Assembly (NCBI GenBank): GCA_963677925.2 | Contig: CAXXYH010000004.1 | Coordinates: 256,001-320,000, forward strand | From: Spirochaetia bacterium | Lineage (GTDB): Bacteria; Spirochaetota; Spirochaetia; UBA9216 | Length of the DNA stretch: 64,000 bases | Reading direction: 5' to 3' | Shown here: positions 26,252 through 36,747 of the stretch, piece after piece | How the letters are laid out: each line of letters starts with the position of its first letter | How positions within the stretch are numbered: position 1 is the first letter of the stretch | The notes under the pieces: model-generated | Seen by the model: the letters and a program-made list of their open reading frames with translations, nothing else | What the model was told of the DNA's origin: nothing | The model's database searches: none | Translations under genes and position numbers: made by a program

Positions 26252-27373
26252 TTAGAGAGACTGCACAGGCTCAGGCTTTCCGGTAGCTGCACTTCGGTAA
26301 GCAGCATCCAGAATCAACTGTGCTTTAACACCCTCCTCCACACCCGGTTTGAAAGTTGAACATTCAGCAACTGATTTCAGAAATCGGTACTGATTTTCAC
26401 AGTGAAAGCGCTGCCATCCGATGACAGAACGGGGGGTCGGTATAACGGCACCCTGATAATGCTGGGCTGTTTCAAGCCGTTTCCATCCGTCTTCTTTCTG
26501 TGCCTCATCAAACCAGTAAAGATACCCCGGGTCCATAAGGTTGAACCTGAAAGATCCCCTGCTGCCGAAAACCGTGATATTCAGCTCATCAAGGGTCCCG
26601 GTAGCGAAACGTGAAACCTCAATCGTACCTGTACCGCCTGATACAAGTTCACAATGCATCCAGGCTGCATCATCAACAGTGACCGGCATTTTATTAGAAG
26701 CTCCTGCATATTCAGGCCTTTCATTTATATAAGTTTTAACATCAGCCCTGACAGTTTTAAAATCGCCAAGCAGATAACTCAGCAGATCAATCACATGTAC
26801 TCCAAGGTCCGCCATTGCACCTCCGCCTGAACGGCTGAAATCCATCCGCCATGACCAGGGCTTTTCGGCATTCTGATACCCGGTGTGGAAATATTCACCC
26901 CTGAAAGAGTAAACCTCACCCAGTCGTCCCTGCTCTATGAGCTCTCTGGCTTTAAGAATTGCAGGCACAAAACGGTAATTGAAGATCATTCCAAGTGTTT
27001 TATCGGAGCGCCGGGAGGCTTCAAGCACTTCGGAAGCCTCGGCGGCATTTAATGCCAGGGGCTTTTCACACAGAACATGCTTTCCGGCTTCCAGTGATTT
27101 GAGAATCTGCTCTTTATGCAGATAATTCGGAGAAACAATATCTACAACATCCACCTCCGGATCTGTAAGAACCTCATCGAGGCTGCCGTAACCTATCTCC
27201 ATACCGGCGGCCTCTGCAGTTACTGCAGCCCTCTGCGGAGTTGAAGCGAGCAGCCCCTTAATCCTCACCGGAGGAATACTCCCCGGATAATATTCCCTGA
27301 TATCACGGTATCCAAGAAGATGGATCCGCCCAATCGAACCAAAACCTAAAAAAGCAATATTGATTGTTTTCAT
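26252..27373 (-). CDS. Gfo/Idh/MocA family oxidoreductase
   Basis: GFGSIG, AGKHVLCEKPLA, FNYRF.PA, GGGAMADLGVH. Start placed at ATG 27373. Confidence 0.9.
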   Translation of the reverse strand: MKTINIAFLGFGSIGRIHLLGYRDIREYYPGSIPPVRIKGLLASTPQRAAVTAEAAGMEIGYGSLDEVLTDPEVDVVDIVSPNYLHKEQILKSLEAGKHVLCEKPLALNAAEASEVLEASRRSDKTLGMIFNYRFVPAILKARELIEQGRLGEVYSFRGEYFHTGYQNAEKPWSWRMDFSRSGGGAMADLGVHVIDLLSYLLGDFKTVRADVKTYINERPEYAGASNKMPVTVDDAAWMHCELVSGGTGTIEVSRFATGTLDELNITVFGSRGSFRFNLMDPGYLYWFDEAQKEDGWKRLETAQHYQGAVIPTPRSVIGWQRFHCENQYRFLKSVAECSTFKPGVEEGVKAQLILDAAYRSAATGKPEPVQSL

Positions 27374-27489
27374 CCCATTTATCGTAACCATATAAGCCCG
27401 TTTTCTCAAGATTTAAATGAGGATATTTCAAAGATCCGTTTTAATTACCTATCCTTGACTTTCCGCCAGATTATGCCACAATTAAGTTC

Positions 27490-28311
27490 ATGTATGATCT
27501 AAGTGGAAAAACAGCTGTTGTAACCGGAGGGGCCGGGGGTATAGGCTTTGACACAGTAGTCCGGCTTCTAAAAGAAGAATGCCGGGTTGCAGTCTGGGAC
27601 GCGTCAGAAGCAGGAATGAAGGAGGCATCAGTTAAACTGATCGACTATTCAGACAAGCTGCAGTGGAGAAAGGTCGATATTGCCGATCCGGAAGAGACCA
27701 ATGAAGCCGCGGAAGAACTGAAAGCCTCATGGGGCTCACCGGATATCCTGATAAACAACGCAGGAGTAATGCGCAGGGGAACATTTCTGGAAGGAAAAGA
27801 TGCAGACTGGCCTCTGACTATTGATGTAAACCTTAACGGCGTCATGAATACAATAAAGGAATTTCTGCCTGATATGTATCAAAAAAATTCCGGACACATT
27901 GTAAACATTTCCTCCGCTGCTGGAATGCTCGGAGTGTCCGGTCTGGCAGTATATTCAGCCAGCAAATGGGCCGTACACGGACTCACCGACTCGCTGCGTG
28001 AAGAAGCCTACACAGCCGGTAAGAACGTCAGATTCAGTTCAGTACATCCGTTCTACATTGCCACCGGCCTGTTCGAAGGAGCGCAGATTAAGGGCCTGGG
28101 GAACATTCTTGTCCCCAGAGTTAAAAACCATGATGTAATTGCAAAGGCTATAGTTGATGATGCGCTTCGGCGAGGAAGAATGAAAATTTACAGACCGCGA
28201 TCACTTTTTCTGATAGACCTGCTTAAAGGAATTCTGCCCTATCCAGCCTTCGCACAATTCATACGCCTTTTAAAGGTCCAGGACAGCATGATTTATCATA
28301 AGGGGAAATAA
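27490..28311 (+). CDS. SDR family oxidoreductase
   Basis: TGGAGGIG, NNAG, YSASK. Confidence 0.92.
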   Translation: MYDLSGKTAVVTGGAGGIGFDTVVRLLKEECRVAVWDASEAGMKEASVKLIDYSDKLQWRKVDIADPEETNEAAEELKASWGSPDILINNAGVMRRGTFLEGKDADWPLTIDVNLNGVMNTIKEFLPDMYQKNSGHIVNISSAAGMLGVSGLAVYSASKWAVHGLTDSLREEAYTAGKNVRFSSVHPFYIATGLFEGAQIKGLGNILVPRVKNHDVIAKAIVDDALRRGRMKIYRPRSLFLIDLLKGILPYPAFAQFIRLLKVQDSMIYHKGK

Positions 28312-28315
28312 TTTT

Positions 28316-28340
28316 TCAACCTTTTCAAACTTCAAACGTA
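28316..28340 (+). promoter_or_regulatory. ECF-type promoter (AAC-N16-CGTA) in front of the ECF sigma gene
   Basis: aac at 28318-28320, cgta at 28337-28340, ATG 9 nt later with no SD. Confidence 0.55.
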
Positions 28341-28349
28341 TATAAAAGT

Positions 28350-28919
28350 ATGAATGGTTTAAAAGAGCAGCTGAAAATATTCAGCTGTTCATTCAGCGAA
28401 AGAAAACTCAGAGAAATATTCGAGAAAATATGGTTCGAATACTACCCTAAGCTCACTGTATACATTCAGATCACCTTCAATATCAGCGACTATGAAGACC
28501 TTGTTCAGGAAATAATGCTGAAAGTCTTTAAAAACCTTTCGGGTTATAATCCGGTTTTTTCATTCAACACCTGGATTTTTTCCATTGCGCGGAATCATGT
28601 TATTGACAATTTAAAAAAAGCAGCAACTGCAGAAAAAACAGTCAGCAGGCTCAAATCAGACTACAACAGTATAGAGTTCACCAAATACGGTTCGCCTGAA
28701 AGCCTGCAGCTTCGGGAAGTTTTAAAAAAAGATATACAGCTTTTTATAGAAAGACTGCCTGCTCCGGAAAGGCAGATTTCATATCTTAGATTTTACGAGG
28801 AACTTAAGTACTCAGAAATTTCAAAAATAACAGAAATACCTGAAGGCTCGGTTAAAAGCCATGTGCACAATATCAGGAAGAAACTCAAACAATACTACGG
28901 GGATGAATATGAAGACTGA
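28350..28919 (+). CDS. ECF RNA polymerase sigma factor
   Basis: EDLVQEI, FNTWIFSIARN, LKYSEIS..T.IPEGSVKS. Confidence 0.93.
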   Translation: MNGLKEQLKIFSCSFSERKLREIFEKIWFEYYPKLTVYIQITFNISDYEDLVQEIMLKVFKNLSGYNPVFSFNTWIFSIARNHVIDNLKKAATAEKTVSRLKSDYNSIEFTKYGSPESLQLREVLKKDIQLFIERLPAPERQISYLRFYEELKYSEISKITEIPEGSVKSHVHNIRKKLKQYYGDEYED

Positions 28920-29220
28920 AAAGTTAATACATGATGAATTCAGACGGATGATCGAGGAAGTACACGTCCCTGATTTACCGAAAGAAATTGAGGGAAGACT
29001 CTCGGGGAGAAAAAATCGAAGTCTTCCGTCACTGCTTGCAGCAGCCCTTATTGCCTTAAGTTTCATACCCTTCATAAGCAGTGCGGACAGGCCTTCCGCT
29101 CTCGCCATAAAAACAGCCGGCTTCAGCCGGAACACTGAATTTGGAAAAACACTTACCAGACAGCTTATCAGTCTGCAGAACATTGCAGAAAACTCATTTA
29201 ACACAGGAGAAAAAAAATGA
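28909..29220 (+). CDS. Probable single-TM anti-sigma factor
   Basis: Overlaps the sigma stop; short cytoplasmic N-terminus, basic patch, one TM (LPSLLAAALIALSFIPFI). Confidence 0.6.
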   Translation: MKTEKLIHDEFRRMIEEVHVPDLPKEIEGRLSGRKNRSLPSLLAAALIALSFIPFISSADRPSALAIKTAGFSRNTEFGKTLTRQLISLQNIAENSFNTGEKK

Positions 29221-29663
29221 GGAAAACATATTTTATAAGTTTAATTCTTTATACAGCCATTCTCATTCTTGCTATGTTTATAGTCGGATGTATAGCCTGC
29301 TTCTTTGACATTCCAAGCCTTTTAATGGTTCTGCTGCCTACACTGTTGATGCTTTTAACCTGTTACAGGCTTTCAGAGATGGGACAGTATTTTTCTATCG
29401 CATTTTCTGATAAGAAAGCAGACCCTGTAGAACTTGAAAAAGGCATAGGTTTCTTTAAGGCAATGCAGAAATATCTTTTCATCGCCAGCGGTGTTGGGGT
29501 AATGATGGGACTAATCGCTATGCTTGCAACGCTTGATGATCCGGAGTATATAGGCAAAGGCCTTGCGCTTGCCTTACTAACAATGCTTTACAGCCTGTAT
29601 TTCACAATAATAATTGCAGTCCCACTCCGAAGCGCCCTCGAGAAAAAACGGACAGACAATTAG
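29217..29663 (+). CDS. Membrane protein with MotA/ExbB-like TM motifs
   Basis: FFDIPSLLMV and G...GLIAMLATLDDP..IGKGLALALLTMLY resemble MotA TM segments without the cytoplasmic loop. Confidence 0.7.
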   Translation: MRKTYFISLILYTAILILAMFIVGCIACFFDIPSLLMVLLPTLLMLLTCYRLSEMGQYFSIAFSDKKADPVELEKGIGFFKAMQKYLFIASGVGVMMGLIAMLATLDDPEYIGKGLALALLTMLYSLYFTIIIAVPLRSALEKKRTDN

Positions 29664-29701
29664 CAGGATTAATTATAAATCCTGTTATTTTTCACTTTTG
29701 T

Positions 29702-29738
29702 TTATATCCGTCTGCAGTTTCACAGCAGGCGGATATAA
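29702..29738. terminator. Stem-loop between convergent genes
   Basis: ttatatccgtctgc / gcaggcggatataa, 14-bp stem with one G-U pair, AT-rich flanks. Confidence 0.65.
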
Positions 29739-29892
29739 TAATTTAAATAATTTTTTTGATATCTTTCCCGGCTGGTCCATAAAAACTGATATTCAGTGAA
29801 AGCATGTGAACAGAAAGTTTTATTATCTGCGGAACACTCGAAAGCAGCCGGTTCAATAGGTCTTTATGCTGTTAAGCGTTGTCTGAATAGTA

Positions 29893-30411
29893 CTAGGACT
29901 GCTCTGAAGCATCCTGAACCTCTTCAACCTTTTTCGGCTGCAGCAGGATAAAGGCTACCGCCCCGAATGTAATTGAAAGATCCGCTACATTAAGAATCCC
30001 GGTACGCAGATTACCAATACCGAAGTTCATAAAATCAACAACAATACCGTTATTGAATATCCTGTCCCAGAGGTTTCCGACTCCTCCGCCTATTATGCAT
30101 GCAAGACTTATCACCTGTCCAGCTGTAAGATTTTTACTTACCACAACATAGACCAGGGCGGCACCAGTCAGCAGTACCGGAAACAGAACAAGAAGCAGAG
30201 TTTTAAAAGGCTCAGGCAGGTCACCGCCCATCCCTAGAAAGGCCCCGTCATTTTCAGCATAGTGCAGAATAAAAACCTCTCCGACAACCTTTACAGTCCC
30301 ATGTCCTCTCAGATCATTTTCAGCAGCGATTTTAGTAACCCGGTCAACAGTAAAATTAGCGGCTGCAATTATAAGTATAAGCACCGCAAACAGATATTTC
30401 TTATTCTTCAT
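29893..30411 (-). CDS. lspA: Lipoprotein signal peptidase II
   Basis: DRVTK, ENDGAF, GNLWDR..G.VVDF, NVAD. Confidence 0.95.
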   Translation of the reverse strand: MKNKKYLFAVLILIIAAANFTVDRVTKIAAENDLRGHGTVKVVGEVFILHYAENDGAFLGMGGDLPEPFKTLLLVLFPVLLTGAALVYVVVSKNLTAGQVISLACIIGGGVGNLWDRIFNNGIVVDFMNFGIGNLRTGILNVADLSITFGAVAFILLQPKKVEEVQDASEQS

Positions 30412-30482
30412 GACTGAACAATAACATCATTCTGTAAAATAAAAAATACCCGGGCATTAAAACCCTGTATTATAATAGGTCT

Positions 30483-31622
30483 ATGAAATACAGAAAATTC
30501 GGAAAAACAAATCTTGAGGTATCTGTTTTAGGCTTCGGCTGTATGCGGCTGCCGCTAGCGCAGGGCTCTGAAACTGAGGTTGACAGAAAGGAAAGTATCA
30601 GACTGATACGCGAAGGAATAGACCGGGGTATAAACTATATTGATACAGCCTATCCCTACCACAACGGTGAAAGTGAAATCATAACCGGGGAAGCCCTGAA
30701 AGACGGCTACAGGGATCGGGCATACCTTGCAACAAAACTTCCGTCCTGGCTTGTAAAAACCAGAGCAGATATGGACAACCTGCTTGATGAGCAGCTTAAA
30801 AAGCTTGGTACGGACCACATCGATATGTACCTGCTTCATGCCCTGAATACTGATCTCTGGGAAAACCTTCAGAAACATGAAGTCTTTGATTTTATAGAAA
30901 AAGCAAAAGCTTCAGGCAGGATAAAGCATATCGGCTTTTCATTTCATGATGAGCTGCCTCTTTTTAAAACAATTGTTGACGCCTATGACTGGGAGTTCTG
31001 CCAGATTCAATACAACCTGATGGATGTTGATTATCAGGCAGGCCGCAGCGGCCTTGAATACGCTGCAAAAAAAGATCTTGGTATAGTAATTATGGAACCG
31101 CTTCGGGGAGGCAGCCTGGTAAGAAATATTCCTGATGATATAAACAGCCTTTGGAAAAGCAGCGCTACGCTGAAATCGCCGGTCGAAGCGGCTTTCCGTT
31201 TTGCCTGGAATCATCCCGGTGTCGGAACCGTTCTAAGCGGGATGAACTCACAGCAGCAGCTTGATGAAAACCTTGAAGCCGCAGATAATTCGATGCCGGA
31301 ATCGCTGACAGAGGAGGAATCCGCACTGCTCAAGACTATCCGTAAAGAATACCGGGATAGAATAGCCGCAGACTGCACAAACTGTAAATACTGTATGCCC
31401 TGCCCGTCCGGAGTGGATATTCCCGCAAACCTCGGGTTCCTGAATAATGTTTCAATGTACGGAAACCTTGAGCCCTTTAAAACCGGGTATACAAGATTTT
31501 TTGCAGAGGAAAAAAAGGCCCACAACTGCACCGAGTGCGGAAGCTGTGAACCTTCCTGTCCTCAGAAGATCGAAATAATCAGGCACCTTAAAGAGCTTGA
31601 TAAAATAATGAATCCTGCTTAA
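30483..31622 (+). CDS. Aldo/keto reductase with C-terminal 4Fe-4S domain
   Basis: LGFGCMRLP, YIDTAYPY, ATKLP, GFSFH, MEPLRGG, CTNCKYCMPCP, CTECGSCEPSCPQ. Confidence 0.93.
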   Translation: MKYRKFGKTNLEVSVLGFGCMRLPLAQGSETEVDRKESIRLIREGIDRGINYIDTAYPYHNGESEIITGEALKDGYRDRAYLATKLPSWLVKTRADMDNLLDEQLKKLGTDHIDMYLLHALNTDLWENLQKHEVFDFIEKAKASGRIKHIGFSFHDELPLFKTIVDAYDWEFCQIQYNLMDVDYQAGRSGLEYAAKKDLGIVIMEPLRGGSLVRNIPDDINSLWKSSATLKSPVEAAFRFAWNHPGVGTVLSGMNSQQQLDENLEAADNSMPESLTEEESALLKTIRKEYRDRIAADCTNCKYCMPCPSGVDIPANLGFLNNVSMYGNLEPFKTGYTRFFAEEKKAHNCTECGSCEPSCPQKIEIIRHLKELDKIMNPA

Positions 31623-32326
31623 TGCACAGTCATCATTGCCCTCCACTTATCGTAGGGGGTATCAAGCTGCATTTTCAGCTTCCCGCGATAGGAATCCAGC
31701 CGGCCGTCGTGCCAGCTCACGAAGGGATTCACTTTTTTCTCCAGACCGATAGTTGAAAAAAGCTGCTTCCTGTTTCTTATTCGAAGGTAGGCTTCAAAAT
31801 CAGTGTTGTCCGGATCAATTTCACGGATGACACCGGTTGCATATTCAAAGATATCATGCCCGCAGTAGATTTCAGTTTCATCCGGATAAGCCATTACCGC
31901 TGAAAGCGACTTAAAATACAGAGGATAATCCTTCGTGTAGCAGTTGCCCACTGTTCCGGTGAACAGTGTATCTCCTGTAATCAGCTTTCCATCGGTATAA
32001 AAAACCACAGAATCTGCCGAATGACCTGGTGTCCGTAGAACCTCAACGCGGTCATCCCCCAGTGTAAAAGATTCCGGAATATCCTTGGAAGATGGATCAA
32101 TTAATACTGCTGCATGTGCTGATAATTTTTCATTACCGGCTATATGATCGGAATGCATATGTGTATTTGTCATCACTTTCAGCTTCAGACCGTTTTTATC
32201 ACAGAAACCAAGTATTTCTTCTGCAGCACAGCCGTCTATGACAGCAGCTTCAAAACCTGACCATATGAGATATCCGAAGACAAAGCCAAGTCCGGGATAA
32301 TCAAATTTAAACTGTTCAATATTCAT
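31619..32326 (-). CDS. MBL-fold hydrolase (glyoxalase II-like)
   Basis: THMHSDH, TPGHS, TGDTLF, CGH, EK.VNPF. Confidence 0.88.
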   Translation of the reverse strand: MNIEQFKFDYPGLGFVFGYLIWSGFEAAVIDGCAAEEILGFCDKNGLKLKVMTNTHMHSDHIAGNEKLSAHAAVLIDPSSKDIPESFTLGDDRVEVLRTPGHSADSVVFYTDGKLITGDTLFTGTVGNCYTKDYPLYFKSLSAVMAYPDETEIYCGHDIFEYATGVIREIDPDNTDFEAYLRIRNRKQLFSTIGLEKKVNPFVSWHDGRLDSYRGKLKMQLDTPYDKWRAMMTVH

Positions 32327-32453
32327 GCTTATAAAATACTACCATTATCAGCATATAGTAAATATTTACATAGGGGTAAAATATAGAACTCCCTTTTGTT
32401 TTGGATTTTATTGAATTGACGCAGGAACATATTAGAGTTAATATTTTCGAACC

Positions 32454-32527
32454 GGGGCTGTAGCTCAGCTGGCTAGAGCGGTTGGTTCGCAATCAACAGG
32501 CCGTGGGTTCGACTCCCATCAGCTCCA
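32454..32527 (+). tRNA. tRNA-Ala(CGC)
   Basis: Acceptor stem GGGGCTG/CAGCTCC with G3:U70, D-arm AGCTCAGCTGGCTAGAGC, anticodon arm GTTGG-TTCGCAA-TCAAC, T-loop GTTCGAC. CCA not encoded. Upstream TTGACG-17-TAATAT. Confidence 0.96.
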
Positions 32528-32723
32528 GAATCCTTATATTTTCAATTAATCCCGCTCAAAGCATTATAACTATCACTAATGAGTTCTTCCGGGAGTCGAT
32601 CCGGAATGAGCGCTGTCGCAAGACAGGAAGCGAGGCAGGATGCCGAGCGCGAGTGAATGAAGGCGGCCTGGAGCCGGACAACACGAAGTTGGGCGGCGGA
32701 AGGGACTCCCATCAGCTCCAGAA
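32511..32723 (+). repeat. 20-bp direct repeat of the tRNA 3' end flanking a 173-nt insert
   Basis: gactcccatcagctccagaa at 32511-32530 and 32704-32723; internal gggagtcga (32591-32599) is complementary to the T-arm sequence. Confidence 0.85.
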
Positions 32724-32770
32724 ATATTTCTTGCGGAATCAGCAGCTAACACCTTATAATTCTGTTAGTT

Positions 32771-34564
32771 ATGAAAAAAAAGATCCTGCTTGTTGAGGAT
32801 GAAGCAATTCTGGCTATGTCGGAAGCTTCATCCCTTGAAATGGCCGGATTTGATGTGATCACTGCAGCCGACGGAGATGAAGCCCTCAGTTATATCAAAA
32901 CCGACCATGAAATATCCCTCGTACTGATGGATATTGACCTGGGTTCCGGTATCGACGGAACAGAAACCTCACGTCTCATTCTAAGCTTCAAGCAGATTCC
33001 TATTATTTTTCTCACAAGTCATTCCGAAAAGGCAATGGTTGAGAAAGTTAAGGATATTACAAAATACGGTTATGTTCTTAAAAACTGCGGCGAATTCGTT
33101 CTAATTGAAGCTATCAAAATGGCGTATGAACTTTTTGAAGCGAACAGCAGCATCACCACAAGGGAAATTGAATACAGGGAAATTGTAAATGATCTTGAGG
33201 CTGCTATTCTTAAATTCAACGAACAGGGAGAAATAATATTCTTCAGCCGCGGAGCGGAAAACATCTTCGGCTATAAGGCTGAGGAAGTGATTGGAAAAAA
33301 AAGCATTGAAACAATAAATCCCAGAATTGATAAATTTGGAAACGACCATTCGTTAATGATAAAAAACATTTTCTCCTCCCCTGATAAATTCCGATTCCAC
33401 CGAAACGAAAACCGGACTAAGGACGGCACCAATTTATGGATGAGCTGGAACAATAAACTTGTAAAGGATCAGTACGGAAATAATCTTTACATGCTGTGCA
33501 TCGGTAATGATTTGAGTGATCAGAAAAGGGCAAGAGAAACACTCAAATATACCGAGGATATTCTCTCAAAGATATCTGAAAGTGAAAGAGTCTGGCAGGC
33601 TGCAATTGAAAGTGCAGGCGACGGAGTCTGGGACTGGAACACAATCACAAATAAAGTGTTCTTTTCAAAAACCTGGAAAAATATGCTTGGATATTCCGAA
33701 GAGGAAATCGAGGACAACGTTGAAGAATGGATTTCAAGGATCCATCCGGATGATAAGGAAAGGAGTCTTGAAGCCGTCAGGAATTACATTTCAGGAATAA
33801 CCGATCACTATGAGAGCATCCATCGTCTGAGAGGCAAATACGGAAAATACCACTGGATCCTGGACAGAGGTAGGATTATAGAAAGAGATCCCGAAGGAAG
33901 AGTTCTCCGAATGGTCGGAACGCATACCGATATATCAGCCCAGAAAGAAACGGAAAAACAGCTTCTTCAGCTCAATGATGAAAAGGGTTTTTTATTAAAA
34001 GAAATCCACCACCGGGTTAAAAATAACCTGTTGATTATATCATCACTTATCAGTCTTAAAGAGGGCGTGAGCGGAGATAATCTTGCAGATATTAAAAACC
34101 AGATTGACGCCATCCGTATCATCCACGATAAGCTCTACAGGGGAAATTCGCAAACAAACGTACTCTTCGGTGAATATTGCACCGATCTTCTGTATACAAT
34201 TTTTGAAACATTTCTTGATACAGGAATCAAAATAAACATAGACTCAGAAGAAATCTCTATACCCGAAGATAAAATAGTCTCTTTAGGATTGTTTATAAAT
34301 GAAATAGCAACAAATGCAGTCAAATATGCATTTCAGAACAACGAAGATCCGGAATTTTCAGTAAGTCTGAAGCCGGATGAAAAGACAGATGCGCATATTC
34401 TTAAAATTAATAATAACGGGCCAGAACTGCCTGACAGCCTCATAATAGAAGAAGCGGAAACGCTGGGAATGAGGCTTATGACCTCTCTGGCACTGCAGCT
34501 GAAAGCTGATCTGAGGGTGGAAAAATCTCCTCATCCGCAGTTTTCACTAACCTTTAAATTATAA
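32771..34564 (+). CDS. REC-PAS-PAS histidine kinase (HisKA_2 type)
   Basis: ILLVEDE..LMDI..DG REC domain; two PAS domains (GVWDWN, IHPDD); KEIHHRVKNN, NEIATNAVKYAF. Confidence 0.92.
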   Translation: MKKKILLVEDEAILAMSEASSLEMAGFDVITAADGDEALSYIKTDHEISLVLMDIDLGSGIDGTETSRLILSFKQIPIIFLTSHSEKAMVEKVKDITKYGYVLKNCGEFVLIEAIKMAYELFEANSSITTREIEYREIVNDLEAAILKFNEQGEIIFFSRGAENIFGYKAEEVIGKKSIETINPRIDKFGNDHSLMIKNIFSSPDKFRFHRNENRTKDGTNLWMSWNNKLVKDQYGNNLYMLCIGNDLSDQKRARETLKYTEDILSKISESERVWQAAIESAGDGVWDWNTITNKVFFSKTWKNMLGYSEEEIEDNVEEWISRIHPDDKERSLEAVRNYISGITDHYESIHRLRGKYGKYHWILDRGRIIERDPEGRVLRMVGTHTDISAQKETEKQLLQLNDEKGFLLKEIHHRVKNNLLIISSLISLKEGVSGDNLADIKNQIDAIRIIHDKLYRGNSQTNVLFGEYCTDLLYTIFETFLDTGIKINIDSEEISIPEDKIVSLGLFINEIATNAVKYAFQNNEDPEFSVSLKPDEKTDAHILKINNNGPELPDSLIIEEAETLGMRLMTSLALQLKADLRVEKSPHPQFSLTFKL

Positions 34565-34644
34565 ATAAAAAACATTAAAAATTTGAATGCTTAATTCCCG
34601 TTTACTACAATTAAAGCAAACGCATAATCCAGGGGGATTAAAGA

Positions 34645-36717
34645 ATGTTGAAAAACCTGCGGATGTCAGGAAAAATGCTGATTGGTTTCGGCGGTGTATT
34701 ACTAATAGTAGCTGCGGTAGTAGTTATCACTGGTCTAAATCTGTTAAAAATTGAGAATCTTGCCGAATCAATGGAGAATGAATACATACCTGAAGTAAAA
34801 ACTGCCAATTCGCTTGAAAGAGACACCCTGCATATGATGCTTGGAACAAGAAGTTACGGTCTCTCTTTTAAAAATGAATATCTTAAAGAATCTGAAAACT
34901 TTTCAAAAAAGATCGAAGAAGAACTGATAAACGCGAAAAATCTCGCTGAACAGTACCCGGAACTGGTAAAACTGAACCAGAACGTCACCAGGGCTGAAAA
35001 CAGTTACAGCAGTTATAAAAACAGTACCGTTAATACCAACAATATTATTCTTGAAATCCTTGCTGAAAGAAGAGAACTTGATTCTTCTGCTGCCGAGTTT
35101 ATGAAAGAAACTGAATCTTTTCTCAGCAGCCAGCATGAACAGTTTAATGAAGATCTGGTACTTAACAAGACAGATGCGGCAATGAGGGAAAGACTGACAA
35201 AAATTGACCTTATAACTGAAGTTACAAATCACGGGAATGAAGCCCGGGTGAAAGCTTTCAAGGGTCAGTTAAATGCTGATGTAAACATCATATCTGAAGC
35301 TGTTGCTGAACTGGATAATGCCCTTGAGAATATCACCGATACCAGATCGCTAACCCGTAAACAGCAGAATATTAACGAGCTTAATAACATTTATTCCGCT
35401 GCGGAGCGATATAAGACTGCACTTCTCAAGATGGTCGGATTTTACAAAGAAATGGATTCAATATTTGCTGAGCGCAACAAAACTGCCGATGAGTTTCTTT
35501 CCGCAGTGCAGACAATAAGTACTGCAGGACTTACAGAAACAGCAACCAGAGCGGGCCTTACTTCTGAAACCATTGCATCAACACTGCAGGTGCTGATGTT
35601 CGGTTTCATCACGGCTCTTGCTGTTTCAATACTTATTGCAGTACTTATTACAGTTTCAATAGTTAAGGCTCTCAAAAAGGGGGTGGAATTCGCTACAAGC
35701 ATGTCAGACGGTGATCTAATGGCCGTTCTTGATATTGATCAGAAGGATGAAATCGGCATACTTTCAGAAGCATTGAAAACGATGCGGAACAGGCTTAAGG
35801 ATGTAGTTGTAGAAGTACGTGATTCAGCGAGAATGGTTTCACAGGGCAGTCAGCAGCTTGCGACAACTGCAGAACAGATCTCACAGGGAGCAACGGAACA
35901 GGCATCAACCGCCGAGGAAGTATCCTCTTCAATGGAGGAAATCGGGGCTTCAATCAGACAGAACACCGACAATGCCTCACAAACCGAAAAAATTGCATCA
36001 AAGGCTGCTGAAGATGCAGAGACCGGCGGAGGTGCAGTACTTGATGCAGTTGAGGCCATGAATTTAATTGCAGAAAAGATCAAGGTAATAGAAGAGCTTG
36101 CCAGAAACACCAATCTGCTTTCTCTAAATGCCGCTATAGAAGCAGCCCGAGCCGGAGAGCATGGAAAAGGCTTTGCAGTAGTAGCGTCAGAGGTTGGTAA
36201 ACTTGCCGCAAACAGCCAGAGCGCGGCGAACGAAATTCTTGAACTGGCCAATTCAAGCGTTTCAAAAGCTAACACTGCAGGAGAAAAAATTCAGGAAATT
36301 ATCCCTGATATAAGAAGAACTGCAGATCTGGTTCAGGAAATCAGTGCCACCAGTATTGAACAGAATACCGGTGCTGATCAGGTGAACCAGGTAATGCTCC
36401 AGCTTGACCAGGTTATTCAGATGAATGCCGCCTCAGCCGAAGAAAGCTCATCAATGTCTGAAGAATTATCAAGCCAGGCGGAGAAGCTTCTGGATATGAT
36501 AGGATTTTTCAAGGTTGATGAAGGCCGCAGCACCTCATTAAAACCGCCAAAACCGAAAAAAACAGAACAGACATCAGTAACATTAAAAAAAGAATCGCCG
36601 GCATTGCCGCAAAAAAAGGAACCGGAACCGCTTAAGAATGATGACGAATCCTTTTTCAGGCCGGAAAAAAACAGTATCCAGGCAGACAGTCTGGACGATA
36701 ACTTCGAAGATTTTTAA
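34645..36717 (+). CDS. Methyl-accepting chemotaxis protein
   Basis: Two TMs, helical periplasmic domain, HAMP (DEIG.L), [29 protein letters not shown]. Confidence 0.96.
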   Translation: MLKNLRMSGKMLIGFGGVLLIVAAVVVITGLNLLKIENLAESMENEYIPEVKTANSLERDTLHMMLGTRSYGLSFKNEYLKESENFSKKIEEELINAKNLAEQYPELVKLNQNVTRAENSYSSYKNSTVNTNNIILEILAERRELDSSAAEFMKETESFLSSQHEQFNEDLVLNKTDAAMRERLTKIDLITEVTNHGNEARVKAFKGQLNADVNIISEAVAELDNALENITDTRSLTRKQQNINELNNIYSAAERYKTALLKMVGFYKEMDSIFAERNKTADEFLSAVQTISTAGLTETATRAGLTSETIASTLQVLMFGFITALAVSILIAVLITVSIVKALKKGVEFATSMSDGDLMAVLDIDQKDEIGILSEALKTMRNRLKDVVVEVRDSARMVSQGSQQLATTAEQISQGATEQASTAEEVSSSMEEIGASIRQNTDNASQTEKIASKAAEDAETGGGAVLDAVEAMNLIAEKIKVIEELARNTNLLSLNAAIEAARAGEHGKGFAVVASEVGKLAANSQSAANEILELANSSVSKANTAGEKIQEIIPDIRRTADLVQEISATSIEQNTGADQVNQVMLQLDQVIQMNAASAEESSSMSEELSSQAEKLLDMIGFFKVDEGRSTSLKPPKPKKTEQTSVTLKKESPALPQKKEPEPLKNDDESFFRPEKNSIQADSLDDNFEDF

Positions 36718-36747
36718 TCTGCTATAATTAAGACCAGGAGGTAAGTA

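Noticed and set aside
32482-32796. 104-aa ORF in the track
   Set aside because: It starts inside the tRNA and runs through the repeat element, so it is very likely spurious.
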